Positions 62,301-64,000 of a DNA stretch of 64,000 nt are shown here, in pieces. A program made the position numbers and the translations under genes. Under the pieces are notes generated by a model that saw nothing but the letters and a program-made list of their open reading frames with translations, did not search any database and was not told the origin of the DNA. Within the stretch, counting starts at the first letter, position 1. Each line of letters opens with the position of its first letter. Source of the stretch: Macrostomum lignano (lineage: Eukaryota); contig NIVC01002623.1 of assembly GCA_002269645.1 (NCBI GenBank), forward strand, positions 91,404 to 155,403. Reading direction: 5' to 3'.

Positions 62301-63217
62301 TACACTGGGGTCAACTCCAGTGTTTTCCAAAATGAAGTTCTGGCCATCAGCTCCTGCACTGCAGAGCTTCTCGCCACTGGCGTTACTGGTAAGAACATCA
62401 TTTTCCATTCGGACAGCCAAGCTGCCTTGCACGCCATCAGTGGCTGCAGCACCAACTCTGCTACAGTCCTTGACTGTATCAAACTCCTCAACATGTTGGG
62501 TTCCGCCAACAAAATTACCCTTAAGTGGGTTCCGGGGCATGTGGGGATCCGAGGAAATGAGTTGGCTGACACCCTTGCAAAAGTTGGTGCCTCCGGCTCC
62601 TCTCTCGGCCCGAACCTCTTGTCCCGATTCCTGGCTGTGTCATCGACTCGCGCATCAAAGCGTGGATCAGGACTCAGCACCGCTCGACTTGGGCGAACCG
62701 CACGAACTGCAGGCAATCCAGAGGCGCTGTCCCTCAGCCCTCTCACCAGCTCCGGAAGCTCCTCTTGCGCCTCTCGCGCAGAGACATCCGGGCTGCCACC
62801 ATGACCCTCTCTGGTCACGGCTGCTTCTCCAGGCACCAGTACCTGCAGGGCAACGCCACCAACGCCACCTGTAGTTTCTGCAACTCAGGTGACGAAACCG
62901 CTGAGCATTTCGTCAGCATCTGTCCCGCCTTCACGCGGGCCAGACTCACTTACCTCGGGCCACACACATCTATTACTGAAGCGTGCAAACCCGAAAACTT
63001 TAATCAGCTCATGCGCTACCTTCGGGCCACCCGCAGGGCTGAACTCTCCTTTCCAGAGAGCACCATAGCTGCTGGCGACACTGGGGACCTCCCTGGGCGG
63101 CGCCAACCCTCCGTCCATAGCGACGCGTCGGCCGTTCAGGGACTAGCGGAATGGGCGCCCGCGCCTTCCCGCTGTGTCCCCTCCGGGACAGCCCTGCAGC
63201 TAAGTCAAGTAAGTCAA
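59384..63217 (+). CDS. LINE ORF2: AP endonuclease, reverse transcriptase, RNase H, C-terminal CCHC (three 1 nt frameshifts near 59750, 61745 and 62610)
   Basis: APE QINLQH, LIQEP, GGDLNAHH, VLDATL, SDHC; RT KSPGPDG, FRPISL, GGPQGGVLTP, YADD, LGVTLD; RNase H YTDGS, FQNEVLAI, HSDSQAAL, WVPGHVGIRGNELAD; CSFC..ETAEHFVSIC. Confidence 0.93.
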
Positions 63218-64000
63218 GTGCCTGGGCGTTCATCACTGCAATAATTTAAAGCGAAACTGTTTTTACCGTTGACTTTGGCAGTGACTGAATTTCTACACCA
63301 TCCATTCTCGAACTCAGGTCCATGTCGTCGCCCGCCACCTCCGGAAGTTCCGGCAGTTCATCAGTGCCATGATCGTTCTCAAGCCACTTAATGAAATCAC
63401 TCAGGGCCTGGTCATCGTGATGTTCTCCATGCATGCTTATCTCCGACAAAAGTTGCAGCTCGTCCATCTTGACACCATTGAGCGAGTCGACCGGAAGATT
63501 TTTCCAATTGATAAGCGCAGGCATTTTGAAGCTACAAAAACGCGTCCCTTAATATGTCAAGAGTGATAAGAAATGGACATCAATATTGCAAGTTTTCTGT
63601 CTATGGTCCAAGTAACCTCTGCAGACAACATAGCGAGCAACGTTTAGTCTATGGTCAAGAGAAAAGTGTGGAATAATGGCCGCAAAAGTGTGGAATAATG
63701 ACTGCGCGCTGAGTGAAAGTATAAATACAATGCACTTGTGTACACCATTTTACCTCGCTTTTGAACAAACTCCGTTTCACTTTAGACAGCCGGAACTTCA
63801 GTTTAGACACTTTTAGACTGGAGCCCCGAATCTACATTCACTATCGACAAACTCCGTTTCAGTATCGACAGCTAAGCTTTGTGGTGCTACACTTCTATCT
63901 ATTTACATAGGCAAGTAAGAAACGCACATCCAGATCTAGGCGAAACTCCCTTTCACTTTCGACAAACGCCACTTCTCCTTAAACAGTCTATGGTCTAAGC

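Larger units (their letters stand above)
57324..63217 (+). mobile_element. Full-length non-LTR retrotransposon (LOA/I-group-like)
   Basis: 13 bp TSD GTGCCTGGGCGTT at 57311-57323 and 63218-63230; about 500 nt 5' UTR; ORF1; ORF2; 3' tail (TAAGTCAAG)2. Confidence 0.93.
56741..63681. mobile_element. Putative non-autonomous DNA element (Crypton-like remnant) hosting the LINE and a MITE
   Basis: Perfect 20 bp inverted match GGCCATTATTCCACACTTTT at 56741-56760 and 63662-63681; minus-strand peptide pieces ..EIQSLPKSTVK and NAQAQVSRIFENCRFENCTFNF, the latter rejoined when the LINE is removed; no TSD seen. Confidence 0.4.

Noticed and set aside
63246-63524. 92 aa ORF as an upstream exon of the SAM gene
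   Set aside because: No phase-compatible donor links it to the 56593 acceptor, and it lies within the inverted-repeat-bounded element; left unresolved.

Overview
Eukaryotic (metazoan) genomic DNA with GT-AG introns, GC-rich exons and most introns and intergenic gaps filled by minisatellites. This style suggests a flatworm such as Macrostomum, but that is inference only. Seven host genes or gene copies can be assembled by hand, all on the minus strand: a tandem pair of UbiE-like class I SAM methyltransferases (one intact, one mosaic with an internal deletion), RBBP6 (7 exons), site-1 protease MBTPS1 (5 exons), an unnamed C2H2-finger gene (partial), a full-size ABCA transporter (3 exons, 2 frameshifts) and the last two exons of a coiled-coil plus SAM-domain gene. 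Mobile DNA includes a three-level nest (hAT-type element > Helentron/HINE-like element > 1.7 kb non-coding LTR element with identical LTRs), a second HINE-like copy, a deleted mariner, a full-length LOA/I-like LINE with RNase H and a 13 bp TSD sitting in a possible Crypton-like remnant, a MITE and tRNA-like SINEs. There are about 25 distinct minisatellite arrays. No CRISPR, rRNA or genuine tRNA gene was seen. All coordinates were read by eye; array boundaries are approximate.
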